In this document: positions 52,582-64,000 of the stretch, one piece after another
How the letters are laid out: each line of letters starts with the position of its first letter
Numbering within the stretch: the stretch's first letter is position 1
Source: Eledone cirrhosa
Taxonomy: Eukaryota
NCBI GenBank assembly: GCA_964016885.1
Contig: OZ024740.1
Location: 340,752,001 to 340,816,000 of the forward strand
Direction of reading: 5' to 3'
DNA: 64,000 nt
Position numbers and translations under genes: made by a program
Notes under the pieces: generated by a model
Seen by the model: only the letters and a program-made list of their open reading frames with translations
Database searches by the model: none
Told to the model about the DNA's origin: nothing

Positions 52582-54757
52582 CATGGGAACTTCTGGATGC
52601 GGATGATCTTACACTTATAGCTGAATCTATGACGGAACTAAAGAAGAAATTCCAAACATGGAAGCAGGGACTAGAAAGAAAGGGTCTCAAAGTCAACCTG
52701 TCAAAGACTAAGGTCTTCGTAAGTAGACGAGAAAACAGAACCCAGATCCCCTCAGGGAAATGGCCTTGCTCAGTATGTAGGAACGGTGTAGGTAGGAATT
52801 CCATCCGCTGCCTCAAATGCAAACTAAGAGTACACAGGAAGCTTAGTTAAGAATGTAGGCTTTACATGTAGCAGCTGCACTGGGACAGCAAGCAGCAAAC
52901 GGCCACAGGAAACAAGCACCACCAAACTCTGGGAGGGCTTTGTAGAAATAGTAGACAGCTTTTGCTACCTAGGTAACTGAATTAGCAGCGGAGTTGGGTG
53001 TTCTGAAAGTACAGTAACCAGGGTAAGAATGGGATGGAAAAAGTTCAGGGAGCTACTGCCACTGCTAGCTGCAAAAGGCTTTTCCCTCTAAATGAAAGGC
53101 AGACTGTATGATGAGTGCATACGAACAGCAATGTTACATGGAGTGAGACCTGGGTGCTGTGTGTAGAAGACCTGATAGATTAGAAAGAAATGAAGCTTGC
53201 ATGCTCCGATGGATGTGTAATTATGGAGCTGTTAGAGTGGATAGAAGTGGATGTATGCTGTGTACAGGAGGTAAGATGGAGGGGTGCCTTAACGAAACTA
53301 CTCTCAGACAAACAACATAGACACAAACTTTACTGGGTAAGAAATGATGAGGGTGTAGGTATCCTACTAGCTGAGAAATGGATAGATAACTTGATAGAGG
53401 TAGTTAGAGTAAGTGACAGAATGATCAAGCTTAAAATAGCTGTAGGAAATAGAAAGATGACAATTACTTTTGCCTATGCACCACAAGCAGGACTGAGTAA
53501 AGAACTAAAGGACCAGTTCTATGAAGAACTTTTATGGACAACCTCAGTTACCGAAGAAAGAGACCTCATCATCTTGGCAGGTGACTTCAATGGACATGTT
53601 GGACAGTGCCAGGATGGATTCCCTGGAGTTCATGGCAGCTATGGTTATGGCTCAAGAAATGAACTAACCATTTGCAACACAAATTTCAGGAAACCAGCTA
53701 GCCATCTGGTTTGGAAGCTAAAGGGCCTTTGTGTTAAATATAGGGTTAGAAAGGCTCTATGGGATGTGTTTGATGAAAGAGGAGACGAGTTAGATACATG
53801 ACAGATGACAATTGGAAATTCTTGTATGACAACCTTTTGCAAACTAGAAATGAAATTCGTGGTTGGAGCAAAGCACCAGCCAGACAGAGGGTGACCTGGT
53901 GGTGAAGCAGCACAGTGGATAGAGCCATTAAAGCCAAGAGACAGGTGTTGAAAGACTGGAAAAAAAGAGGTAGCAGAGACTGGTACCAGGTCGCTAAGAG
54001 AAAAGCTAGATAACAGGTATATACAGCTCGGAAAGAGGCTGAAAAAAAGAAAGTTTGTGTCAGCCTGAATCGGAATGTTGTTAGGGGAAAGTGTATTAGA
54101 AATTATACTGGTGCATTTAGCACCACTGATACTCAAAAGAAAGAGGATTCAAAATGTTACTGATGAATGTAGAGAATGAATGGGAGGAAGAGAGACTACT
54201 CCCAACTGATGGTCCAGCTATTGAAATTGACAGTTGTAAGGTCAACAAAGCAATCAAGAAGATGAAGAATGGTAAAGCTGTGGGACCATCAGAGATAGTT
54301 GCTGAGAAGTAGGAGTCAAACTAGTAACTCACTTAGTCAATCAGGTAATACACAATGGAGTCATACCCATTGACTGGCACAGCAGTATACGCGAACGGCA
54401 AAGTATGAACAAATTGAGAGAGAGACTGAACATAAGAGGAATCAAATGCTGTGTGCAGGAGAGGAGGTTGTGTTGGTATGGACATGTGACACGTATGAAG
54501 GATGACAGCTGCATAAAAAGGTGCAGAGCACTAGAAGTCGATGGAAAGTGGTCATGTAGGCGCCATGGAAAAAAGCAACCAGCACTCACTGTAAATGAGG
54601 TTGGTGTTAGTAAGGGCATCCAGCAGTAAGAATCAAGCCAAAATCAGTTCCCATATGAGCAAGACAAGATCACCCGACCTGGCACTGCCCACAACAGGGC
54701 AACCCATCCAACCCATGCTAGCGTGGAAGAAAGGACGTAAAACGACGATGACGATGA
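52582..54757 (+). mobile_element. RTE LINE lineage A, 5'-truncated and interrupted at about 53222-54386 by lineage B sequence
   Basis: 52582-53221 and 54387-54757 are colinear with the reverse complement of 416-1670. The element sits within (AT)n. A deletion joins the ORF end to the 3' UTR at about 54548. Confidence 0.9.
53222..54389 (+). repeat. Duplicated RTE lineage B endonuclease/linker segment
   Basis: 53241-54389 matches 57264-58412 (offset 4023), with 4 substitutions by my reading. Confidence 0.95.
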
Positions 54758-54924
54758 TATATATATATATATATATATATGTTTATACACTCACACATAA
54801 TACATTTACATAAAATCTATACTCCACTTATATGTATTGATTGTTCAGTCGGTTATGGTTTGACTATTTTTATGTATAATTTTATATAAAGTCCACCCAT
54901 TAATATATACATACATACATGTAT

Positions 54925-55268
54925 GGAGGCACATGGCTTAGTGGTTAGAGCAATGGCCTTGCAATCGAAAGGTTGTGAGTTCAATTCTCAGACCGGGTAA
55001 TGTGTTGTTTCCTTGAGCAAGACACTTTATTTCACATTGCTCCAGTTTACTCAGCTGTAGAAATGAGATGATAGGGACTGGGGTCCCTATCATTCCACTG
55101 CAAAGTGGTCGTGGAGGTGCCACGACAAAAAAGCACCCAGCACTCACTGTAAATGAGGTTGGTGTTAGGAAGGGCATCCAGCTGTAGAAATCAAGCCAAA
55201 ATCAGTTCCCGTCCCACCCTTGCAAGCAGGGAAAAGCAGACGTAAAATGAAATGATGATGAATGATGA
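54925..55268 (+). mobile_element. SINE family 1, full length
   Basis: Near-identical to 33273-33620. Confidence 0.92.
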
Positions 55269-55373
55269 CACACTTATCACCACTATGGTTTGAGCCAGTT
55301 CTTCACACACACATACATATATTCACACACATATATATATACACACACACACACACACATACATATATTCACA

Positions 55374-55415
<42 letters not shown>

Positions 55416-55799
55416 GGCATACAATATAAGTGTATACATATATGCAATATAAATATACACACACACACATATATGATACCTGTCCAGTCATGGCCAAGGA
55501 AGACCATCACTGGCTATTAAAAGAAAACTGCTTTTAACAGTGACTCTTTAACCCTGTCAGACTCCTGGATGCTTTTTAGCAGACCTTACAAACAAAGTTG
55601 TGTATGTGGCATCAGTATACAGAGGTATACTATGATGTATAGTATTGTGTATTTTTAATCCATTAATAGGTTTGCAAACGTTTCCACTTGCACTGCATAT
55701 TATGCAATCTATTGTCATAGACATCCTGTAGTTAACGTTTTGTCTGATCTTATGACTTTGTTGGTGACTATGAGATCATCTCTGCAAAGACATACACAA

Positions 55800-55976
55800 C
55801 CACAAATAACTACAGTCTGTGATGTCAGAGCTGAAAGCCATTCTAGATGTTCTTTGAAAAGTGGAAGGACTGCTGGGCTATGTGTGTGGAGGCACAAGGG
55901 GCCTACAGTGAAGGGGATTAGCAATTGAACCCCATCAAGTACATCATTTTTCCAGCCTCAGGTCAGACCTTGTATA
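55800..55976 (+). mobile_element. Mariner 3'-end remnant
   Basis: Reads FFEKWKDCW and, after a shift, CVEAQGAYSEGD*. This resembles mariner transposase C-termini. Confidence 0.55.
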
Positions 55977-57119
55977 CACACACACAGACGTGACTAATTC
56001 AAAACTTAAAATGGTGCCGAAAAAAGAAGTGCCACATATATGAGAAAGTGTATAATTTCATAAAAATAATACTAAATATTTTATGGCTAAAGAAAATTGG
56101 GAATTGACATAGAAAACAGGCAATTTGCAGAGATTGACAAACTTTCAGTTTTTACAAGAAGCAAATTTAAGCAGACAGGATTAAATAAATATCTTATAAC
56201 TAATAAGCAAATATTGAATAATTAGAACAGAATGGAGAAATAATATTACATAATATTGGAATTAATTTCAAAGTTAACAATCACTAGGCTGGTAGTTTAT
56301 TAAGCTTGTTGCCAACTGGCCATGTAAAAATATACATGTCTTTAAATGAAATTTATTCCATTGGCAGCCTGCTAGCTTCCTAAATTAGTTAAGTAAATCC
56401 ATTAACAAATGTAAGAGACATCTATAAAATGAAGGAATGTTGGTTTTCTTATTTTTTTACATAAAAACCATCAACATCAGTATTGCTACAATTGTTTAAA
56501 ATGAAAAGACAAACATCATCACTGGCTGGGATTTACTAAATCAACAACTGTTTAAACAATTGGTAAACTGAAAGTTGGATAAATATTCAAAGGAAGGTTT
56601 AAAATATCTAAACATTATACTTGTTTCAAATATGAAAAACTATTTTAACACTTTTGTGACCATATTTCTAACATGAATATATTGCCTTTATGTTTTAAAT
56701 ATCAAGAATTATGAGAGCTTTAGTGAAATAAGCAAAATTCAGCTTAATAATAAAAGATATAAATATTGTCAAGGAGGGCAGTAACTCTGATTAAAATTAA
56801 CTGGCCAGGGCAGACAAGGATTTTGTAAGCTGTAGTAAAGGCAACCTGTCTAAGAGGACAGTGACTCCAATAAAAAAACGAGTGCATGGACAGATGTGGA
56901 CTCTGTAAGTCATAGTGAAGGCAATCCACCCAAGAGAGTAGACAATCCAAATAAAAACTGACATAGTGTAGGTAGCACAAATGATGCACCCAGTCCACAC
57001 CAAAAAACCTGCCAAAATTATGGAGAGCACAACAAATAAGATTCATACAAATTACATATACTGGGCTAATACTAGTCATATTAGTGTTGTACACAGTAGT
57101 GAGGTCACTAGAGTAGCTA

Positions 57120-59387
57120 TGTGTGAAACCCCTTGACTGTCAAAAAGCATTTTCTTTCCAGGTACAGAGAACTGCTATTCAAGGAACTAACCACTGTCAA
57201 GTTACAAATCTCAGGACTGCCAGTCTCAATATTGGCACTATGAAAGGTAAATCAAGTGAAATTATAGAAGTGGATGTATGCTGTGTACAGGAGGTAAGAT
57301 GGAGGGGTGCCTTAACGAAACTACTCTCAGACAAACAACATAGACACAAACTTTACTGGGTAAGAAATGATGAGGGTGTAGGTATCCTACTAGCTGAGAA
57401 ATGGATAGATAACTTGATAGAGGTAGTTAGAGTAAGTGACAGAATGATCAAGCTTAAAATAGCTGTAGGAAATAGAAAGATGACAATTACTTTTACCTGT
57501 GCACCACAAGCAGGACTGAGTAAAGAACTAAAGAACCAGTTCTATGAAGAACTTTTATGGACAACCTCAGTTACCGAAGAAAGAGACCTCATCATCTTGG
57601 CAGGTGACTTCAATGGACATGTTGGACAGTGCCAGGATGGATTCCCTGGAGTTCATGGCAGCTATGGTTATGGCTCAAGAAATGAACTAACCATTTGCAA
57701 CACAAATTTCAGGAAACCAGCTAGCCATCTGGTTTGGAAGCTAAAGGGCCTTTGTGTTAAATATAGGGTTAGAAAGGCTCTATGGGATGTGTTTGATGAA
57801 AGAGGAGACGAGTTAGATACATGACAGATGACAATTGGAAATTCTTGTATGACAACCTTTTGCAAACTAGAAATGAAATTCGTGGTTGGAGCAAAGCACC
57901 AGCCAGACAGAGGGTGACCTGGTGGTGAAACAGCACAGTGGATAGAGCCATTAAAGCCAAGAGACAGGTGTTGAAAGACTGGAAAAAAAGAGGTAGCAGA
58001 GACTGGTACCAGGTCGCTAAGAGAAAAGCTAGATAACAGGTATATACAGCTCGGAAAGAGGCTGAAAAAAAGAAAGTTTGTGTCAGCCTGAATCGGAATG
58101 TTGTTAGGGGAAAGTGTATTAGAAATTATACTGGTGCATTTAGCACCACTGATACTCAAAAGAAAGAGGATTCAAAATGTTACTGATGAATGTAGAGAAT
58201 GAATGGGAGGAAGAGAGACTACTCCCAACTGATGGTCCAGCTATTGAAATTGACAGTTGTAAGGTCAACAAAGCAATCAAGAAGATGAAGAATGGTAAAG
58301 CTGTGGGACCATCAGAGATAGTTGCTGAGAAGTAGGAGTCAAACTAGTAACTCACTTAGTCAATCAGGTAATACACAATGGAGTCATACCCATTGACTGG
58401 CACAGCAGTATAATCATAAATTGCTACAAGGATAAAGGTGATATTCTAGAAAGGAGCAACTACAGAGGTATAAAACTGATGGACCAAGATACGAAAGTGA
58501 TAGAAAGAGTCAAATCAGACAAGATGTTCGGTTTTATGCCTGGGAAAAGTACTACAGATGCCCTGTTTTTAGTGAGACAACTGCAAAAAGTTCCTAGCCA
58601 CGAATAAGCCACTATATTAAGCTTTTGTTGATGTAGAAAAGACCTTTGACACAGTACCTTGATCTATTATCTGGTGGTCCTTAAGAAAATTAGGTGTAGA
58701 AGAATAGCTTGTGAGAGCAGTGCAAACAGAGGAGCTATCAGTAAAGTGAGAGTAGGAAGTGAGTTTAGTGAAGAATTCAAGGTACAGGTAGAATTCCATA
58801 AGCGTTTGGTTCTTAGCCTACAGCTGTTCATCATAGTTTCCAGGCCATAATAGAGGAGTTTAAAACTGACTGTCCATGGAAACTTCTCTATGCGGATGAT
58901 CTGGTCCTTATAGTTGAATCCATAAAAGAACTAGAGGATAAGTTCCGACTATGTAAACAGAATTTGGAATCAAAATAGCTGAGAGTAAACTCAGCCATAA
59001 CTAGTAAGTAGGAAAGATGATAGGACCCTGGCTCTGCTCAATATGTAGGAAAGGAGTAAGCATGAACTTGGATGAGCTGAGGGAGAAACTGGGTTTAAGA
59101 GGAATCCGAAGTGGTGTGCAAGAGAGAAGACTGCATTGGTACAGGCTTGAGATGTGTATGGATGATGATTGCTGAGTGAAGAAGTGCTAGGAAATCCCAG
59201 TGGAAGGAATCTGTAGTAGAGGTAGACCAAGGAAGACCTGGGCAGAGGTGGTGAAAGCTGATTTCAATGATCACAGAGGAGATGATGAAGGAATGTGGTG
59301 AGTGGAAAGATGCTGCATTGAAAAGGTCTTGATCAACCCATACAAGCAAAGTAAAATGGATATAAAAATGATAATGATGATGATTTA
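57120..59387 (+). mobile_element. RTE-clade LINE lineage B, spans endonuclease to 3' tail, heavily decayed
   Basis: Motifs LRTASLNIGTMKGK, VCCVQEVRW, GDFNGHVG, NYRGIKL, FGFMPGKSTTDA, AFVDVEK and KLLYADDL. The 3' end is aacccatacaagcaaagtaaaatggatataaaa(tga)n. Confidence 0.92.
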
Positions 59388-60494
59388 ACATAGGAAATCT
59401 AATATTATCTGTCAGGTAATAATGAGATTTCAGTTCATGATTTGAATTTAAATTTGAACACTTTAATAGAGCTAGGGTTAGGGTTAGGGTTAAGTCAATA
59501 CAACCAAATGTTCTGTTGACATGATCTAGTCTCTGAATAATGGGATTATTATGTTCTTGGATCAGTATGGAATGAAAAGGATGGAATTTATTTCTAAACT
59601 TGGGGGATACAACAGTAGTTTCAAACCTTCTTAATATTAGTAGTGCGGGAGTAAACAGGAAGCACTAATCTGATCTTTTTGATGACACTAAATTCAAGAC
59701 TAGTGTAAAACTGAACACACACACACATACACAGTCAGACAAGCAGAATTTAGCTGATCAATAAATTTCATGTCTATGTTAAAATAAAATATGTCTCCAG
59801 ATGTTTACAAATTTCTTTTTGTAAAAAACAGACCATAAAAATTACCTTAAAGAAAATGGATAATCACGAATGACCATGATAATGAAAAACCAAAGCGATT
59901 TCTCATAAATATAAAAGAAAAGAAAATCAAACAGGAATTGTTAAGATACATTTTGATTTATATAAAATAAAATTTACTTAAAAAAAAAAATTCATTTCAA
60001 GATTAAATTGTATACATATGTTTAATCAGGGGGTGTTGCTGAAAGACTCTTCTGAAACTACCAAAGAGAAAAACTTAGAATAACTATAAAGAAGTAGAGA
60101 TATAACACAGACTAAATACTTAATCTTTTTAATCATATTTATAATTCAATTGTAGAAAATGCGTCATGAGTTAATTCAGAAAAACTTTTCTTATCCAAAC
60201 ATAAAAACCTCCAACATTTAAATGTTAATATAATAAGATGTAAACTATATGGTTTCGGAAAGTATTAAACATTTATTTTGAAATATAATCTGCCTTTGAT
60301 AAACATTTTAAATCAAAGTACCACTTATAAATGAGTACATTTATAGAAGAGTGATATAAGAATATCAAATATATGTAAAGATTTTATTGAAAGAAACTAC
60401 AGAAAGGATGGGATAACTGAATTGCATCAATGTGAAAAATAATGTCATGCTTGGAAAAATATCACAAAACCGAAATCTATGCTCTGTGTGTGTG

Positions 60495-60534
<40 letters not shown>

Positions 60535-61304
60535 TATACATATATATAATATACAAGAGAGAGAAAGAATAGGTGCATGTTTTGTTGCAATTATAAAAAT
60601 ATGACATGCAATCTGAGTTGTTGGTCATAAATGAGGGAAATTAAATACAAGGATAGTTAGAAGAGAGGCAAAAAAAAAAAAATGAATAGAAGACTAATTT
60701 GATAGTAAGTATTATCTCACCTGCAGTTGACTCTTTTTGAAAAGGAAAACAAAATTTTGAGAAAATGAATAAACATGAAATTTCAACATATGTTATTCAA
60801 GCTAAAATGCTAAGAGTAATTAATCAGCAGTATTGATTAAGACAATGTTATCAAATTGGTTTCATAATGGTAAGTGAAGCCAAAATTGTAGTAATAAGAA
60901 TGTAAAAATATTGTTTCTATAGAATGAGTCAGCCATAAATACAGACCTAGTGTTGAGTGAACAGTGGAATTTACTATATAAGTAGGTTGTCAATGGATTA
61001 TAATGAATATGTTGTGAAAACTGTGAGAGTCAGTTTCTATATTTGTACACATACATAGGTAGGTAAGTAGAGTGAAAGAATCATTACAATATCATCATTA
61101 CATTGATTTCTTACAAAAAACACACAACCAATTTTGTAGTCAACTGAAATGATTTCAGTATATTACTGGAATTCCTTTTAACCAGCCTCTGAAATTTGAA
61201 CTCATATACTCATAAAAAACAAGACTAATGTAAGGTATTTAGTATGATGCTTTGCTGTCTGAATTATCTCATTTAACTAAACAACAGATCCTATTAAATA
61301 TCAT

Positions 61305-61410
61305 CCTGCCGAGGTTAACTTTGCCTTTCATCCTTACGGGGTCGATAAAATAAAGTACCAGTAATGTACTGGGTAATTGCTGGCCTTGTGCCTAAAGTAG
61401 AAACAATTAT
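61305..61410 (+). mobile_element. SINE family 2, 3' half
   Basis: Reverse complement of part of 63710-63895. Further fragments lie at about 40857-40975, 45398-45439 and 50062-50111. Confidence 0.85.
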
Positions 61411-61728
61411 TTGTAAAAATACTTCCTATTCTCACCAACATTATTAGTTATTAAATATAGTTACCAATTGAAAATACATTACATGTTGTAGCATAATATG
61501 TGGTCTTCAATTAGATGGAGCTGTGCTATATCTTAGTGATTTTCAAACCTGTTACTATTAAGGACTTTATTTATTTAAATGAATTTACCTACCAATCATA
61601 GGCTTTTGAAAGGCCTGTCTGCTCAACAAGCTAAGGGTGAGAACTGCTAGAATATCCTGGGAACTGCTGGTATATCCAAAGCAATGGATTTATGGATCAT
61701 AGATTGTTGTTTGACTGACTACCTTATG

Positions 61729-61778
<50 letters not shown>

Positions 61779-61835
61779 TCATCATCATCATCATTGTGGA
61801 TTAACATCTATCTTCCACGCTAGCATATATATATT

Positions 61836-62173
61836 TCATCATCATTTCATTTTACGTCCGCTTTTTCCCTGCTTGCAAGGGTAGGACGGGAACTGATGCT
61901 GGCTTGATTTCTACAGCTGGATGCCCTTCCTAACACCAACCTCATTTACAGTGAGTGCTGGGTGCTTTTTTGCCGTGGCACCTCCACAACCACTTTGCAG
62001 TGGAATGATAAGGACCTCAGTTCCTATCATCTCATTTCTACAGCTGAGTAAACTGGAGCAATGTGAAATAAAGTGTCTTGCTCAAGGAAACAACACATCA
62101 CCCGGTCTGAGAATTGAACTCACAACCTTTCGATTGCAAGGCCAATGCTCTAACCACTAAGCCATGTGCCTCC
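61836..62173 (-). mobile_element. SINE family 1, full length, reverse orientation
   Basis: Reverse complement of the 33273 and 54925 copies. Confidence 0.92.
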
Positions 62174-63500
62174 ATTTATATATATATATTTATTTGAGGC
62201 TGATTGAAGCTCTATGGTAAAAGCCAAGTGGCAGTTGATCGGTTAATATGTCAATAATGTGTTATATTCTCTATAGTAGTAGAGTGTTAAGGAACATTTT
62301 ATAAATTTATAACCACCAGAGAGAAGGGAGTAAATAAAACATTTAAAAGTCAATAGCTTAAAATATGTTTCAATAAAAGAAAAAAAAATATTCAAACTGA
62401 CATATAATTTAGTAGGCAAAATGTAAGATCAATCCACAATGATGAAAATCAAAAACTGAATTCATACAAAACAATTTGAATAGTTAAATTTGAATTAGTC
62501 CTGGTGGCTAGAAATAACAAATACCAGTTAATATATTCTTAAAGAATAGTTTTTCTTGGGTGATTAGGTACAAAAGTCTAACATTTTAATGACGGAGGTG
62601 ATGGAAAGTTATAACACTTATGCTTTTCTCAAGAACATTAATGAGATAGGTACAAACATGGCTTTATAACTACACGGTTCTAGGTTTGATACCATTGGGC
62701 AGCACCTTGGGCAAAAGTCTTTTACTATATCTTTTCTGAATGTGTGTGCTTGTGTCTGCTTATGTGTTTAGATATTCAACACATTACTGGCTAAAAAAAC
62801 AAAGTCATGTCAAAAAGATAACTTATCCAATTGATTGATAAAATAAGCATTAGAGATTGATATAACCAATTAAAAGTCCTTCTAGGTGGTGCCCCAGTAG
62901 TGTCACAGCCCAATGATTGAAACTAGTAAAAGAATAGCATAAATGAAATGTAATGACTTTAGCTCTTTTAATACCAAACTGCCTGAAATTGCTCCTGGCT
63001 CTCCGATTTAAGGTGTTTATATTCATCTAAAAACCTTGTCATAATTTTATGCAAGAACCTTTGTTAAGTTATGTTCCTAATACCAGCTTTGTAATGAGAA
63101 AGTTTGTTATGTTACCGAATCACTCAAAATTCTCAATTATTTGAAAATTATAGGCAGTGTCTTTCATTAAAATATGGTAATGAAAAGGTTAAATTGAAAC
63201 TGCACAGAACTTACTTATTGATACATGGCATAGATCACTATTAAATATATTGAATTGTATGAAATTATTTACCACCCAATCAACATTATTTAAGAATATC
63301 TACAATTTGTTTATTTTTCTATAAACTGAAAAAATTGAAGGGAATTATTTGTTTTAACTTTCCTATATATCAAGTAATAATGAAATATAAATAACCATCT
63401 AAGATAAGTCTTGTGACCAGATGGTAAGAATGTGTGATATGGAGAGAGCAAAAGGATACAGCTTTAATAAAATCAGCACAATTGAACTTCCATTTTTTAA

Positions 63501-63523
63501 ATATATATATGTGTGTGTGTGTG

Positions 63524-63556
<33 letters not shown>

Positions 63557-63558
63557 AT

Positions 63559-63608
<50 letters not shown>
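63501..63608. repeat. Compound (AT)n/(GT)n/(CA)n microsatellite
   Basis: Seen directly. Similar tracts occur at 4126-4180, 17928-17965 (AAT), 18054-18087, 20650-20752, 55305-55470, 60485-60550 and 61733-61793. Confidence 0.95.
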
Positions 63609-63610
<2 letters not shown>

Positions 63611-63709
63611 GAATAATCGAGTATCGAAAAATCGGCGCACGAGTTCACGATAAACAAAATTCGACATAGGGTTGTATATGGAAGCATATACAGTATATTT
63701 ATGTATAAT

Positions 63710-63895
63710 TGTTTCTACTTTAGGCACAAGGCCAGCAATTACCCAGTGCATTACTGGTACTTTATTTTATCGACCCCGTAAGGATGAAAGGTAAAGTCAA
63801 CCTCGGCGGGATTTGAACTCAGATCGTAAAGGGACGTAACTATGCTGGAAAGCATGGCATCCGACCCTCTACCGATACTGCCAATCCACCGCCCT
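63710..63895 (-). mobile_element. SINE family 2, full length and young
   Basis: The minus strand has A box tggcagtatcgg and B box gagttcaaatcc. It is flanked by a perfect 16-bp TSD tatatttatgtataat (63694-63709 and 63896-63911). Confidence 0.93.
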
Positions 63896-64000
63896 TATAT
63901 TTATGTATAATAACATCCTCTTAATCTTGCTATATCATTTTTTAATAAGCTGTGAATATATCACAGCTAGATCATGGCCGGCTCAAATTAATAAACAGTA

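Noticed and set aside
59473-59493. (TTAGGG)3 telomere-like repeat
   Set aside because: Only about three units, too short to call an interstitial telomere.
33286-62160. Three near-identical 79-aa ORFs (MPFLTPTSFTVSAGCFF...) resembling a gene family
   Set aside because: These are antisense readings of SINE family 1 copies.
55283-63751. ORFs rich in YI/CV/HT repeats (for example 55283, 55290, 63370, 63421)
   Set aside because: These are translations of dinucleotide microsatellites.
42706-64000. Search for G-alpha-o exons 1-3 (GAGESGKST, IIHE..YSNTIQS)
   Set aside because: Not found by eye. They are presumed to lie beyond the window, so they are not annotated.

Overview
AT-rich, microsatellite- and transposon-dense animal genomic DNA. 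The SINE and RTE-LINE families with (GAT)n tails suggest a cephalopod such as Octopus, but that is inference. The only host gene I can support is a heterotrimeric G-protein alpha-o subunit (GNAO1 ortholog) on the minus strand. Five coding exons (161, 129, 130, 154 and 188 nt) splice in frame through GT-AG introns to give the C-terminal 253 aa ending [10 protein letters not shown]. The first three exons were not found and presumably lie beyond position 64000. About 8.5 kb free of recognisable TEs follows the stop codon and is probably a very long 3' UTR. The rest is decayed mobile DNA: several RTE-clade LINE lineages, CR1/L2-like and Gypsy remnants, two tRNA-derived SINE families, mariner elements, TTAA-flanked piggyBac-type MITEs and minisatellites. 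The most interesting signals are (1) a C4HC3 PHD-type finger inside the RT domain of the RTE LINEs, (2) a 1.15-kb near-identical piece of one LINE inserted into another via microhomologies, (3) a SINE whose tail is a mosaic of two LINE 3' ends, (4) a fold-back palindrome with a local inverted duplication, and (5) a genomic A30 tract 25 nt after an AATAAA in the 3' UTR. There are no prokaryotic features, and I cannot claim a new biological system with confidence.
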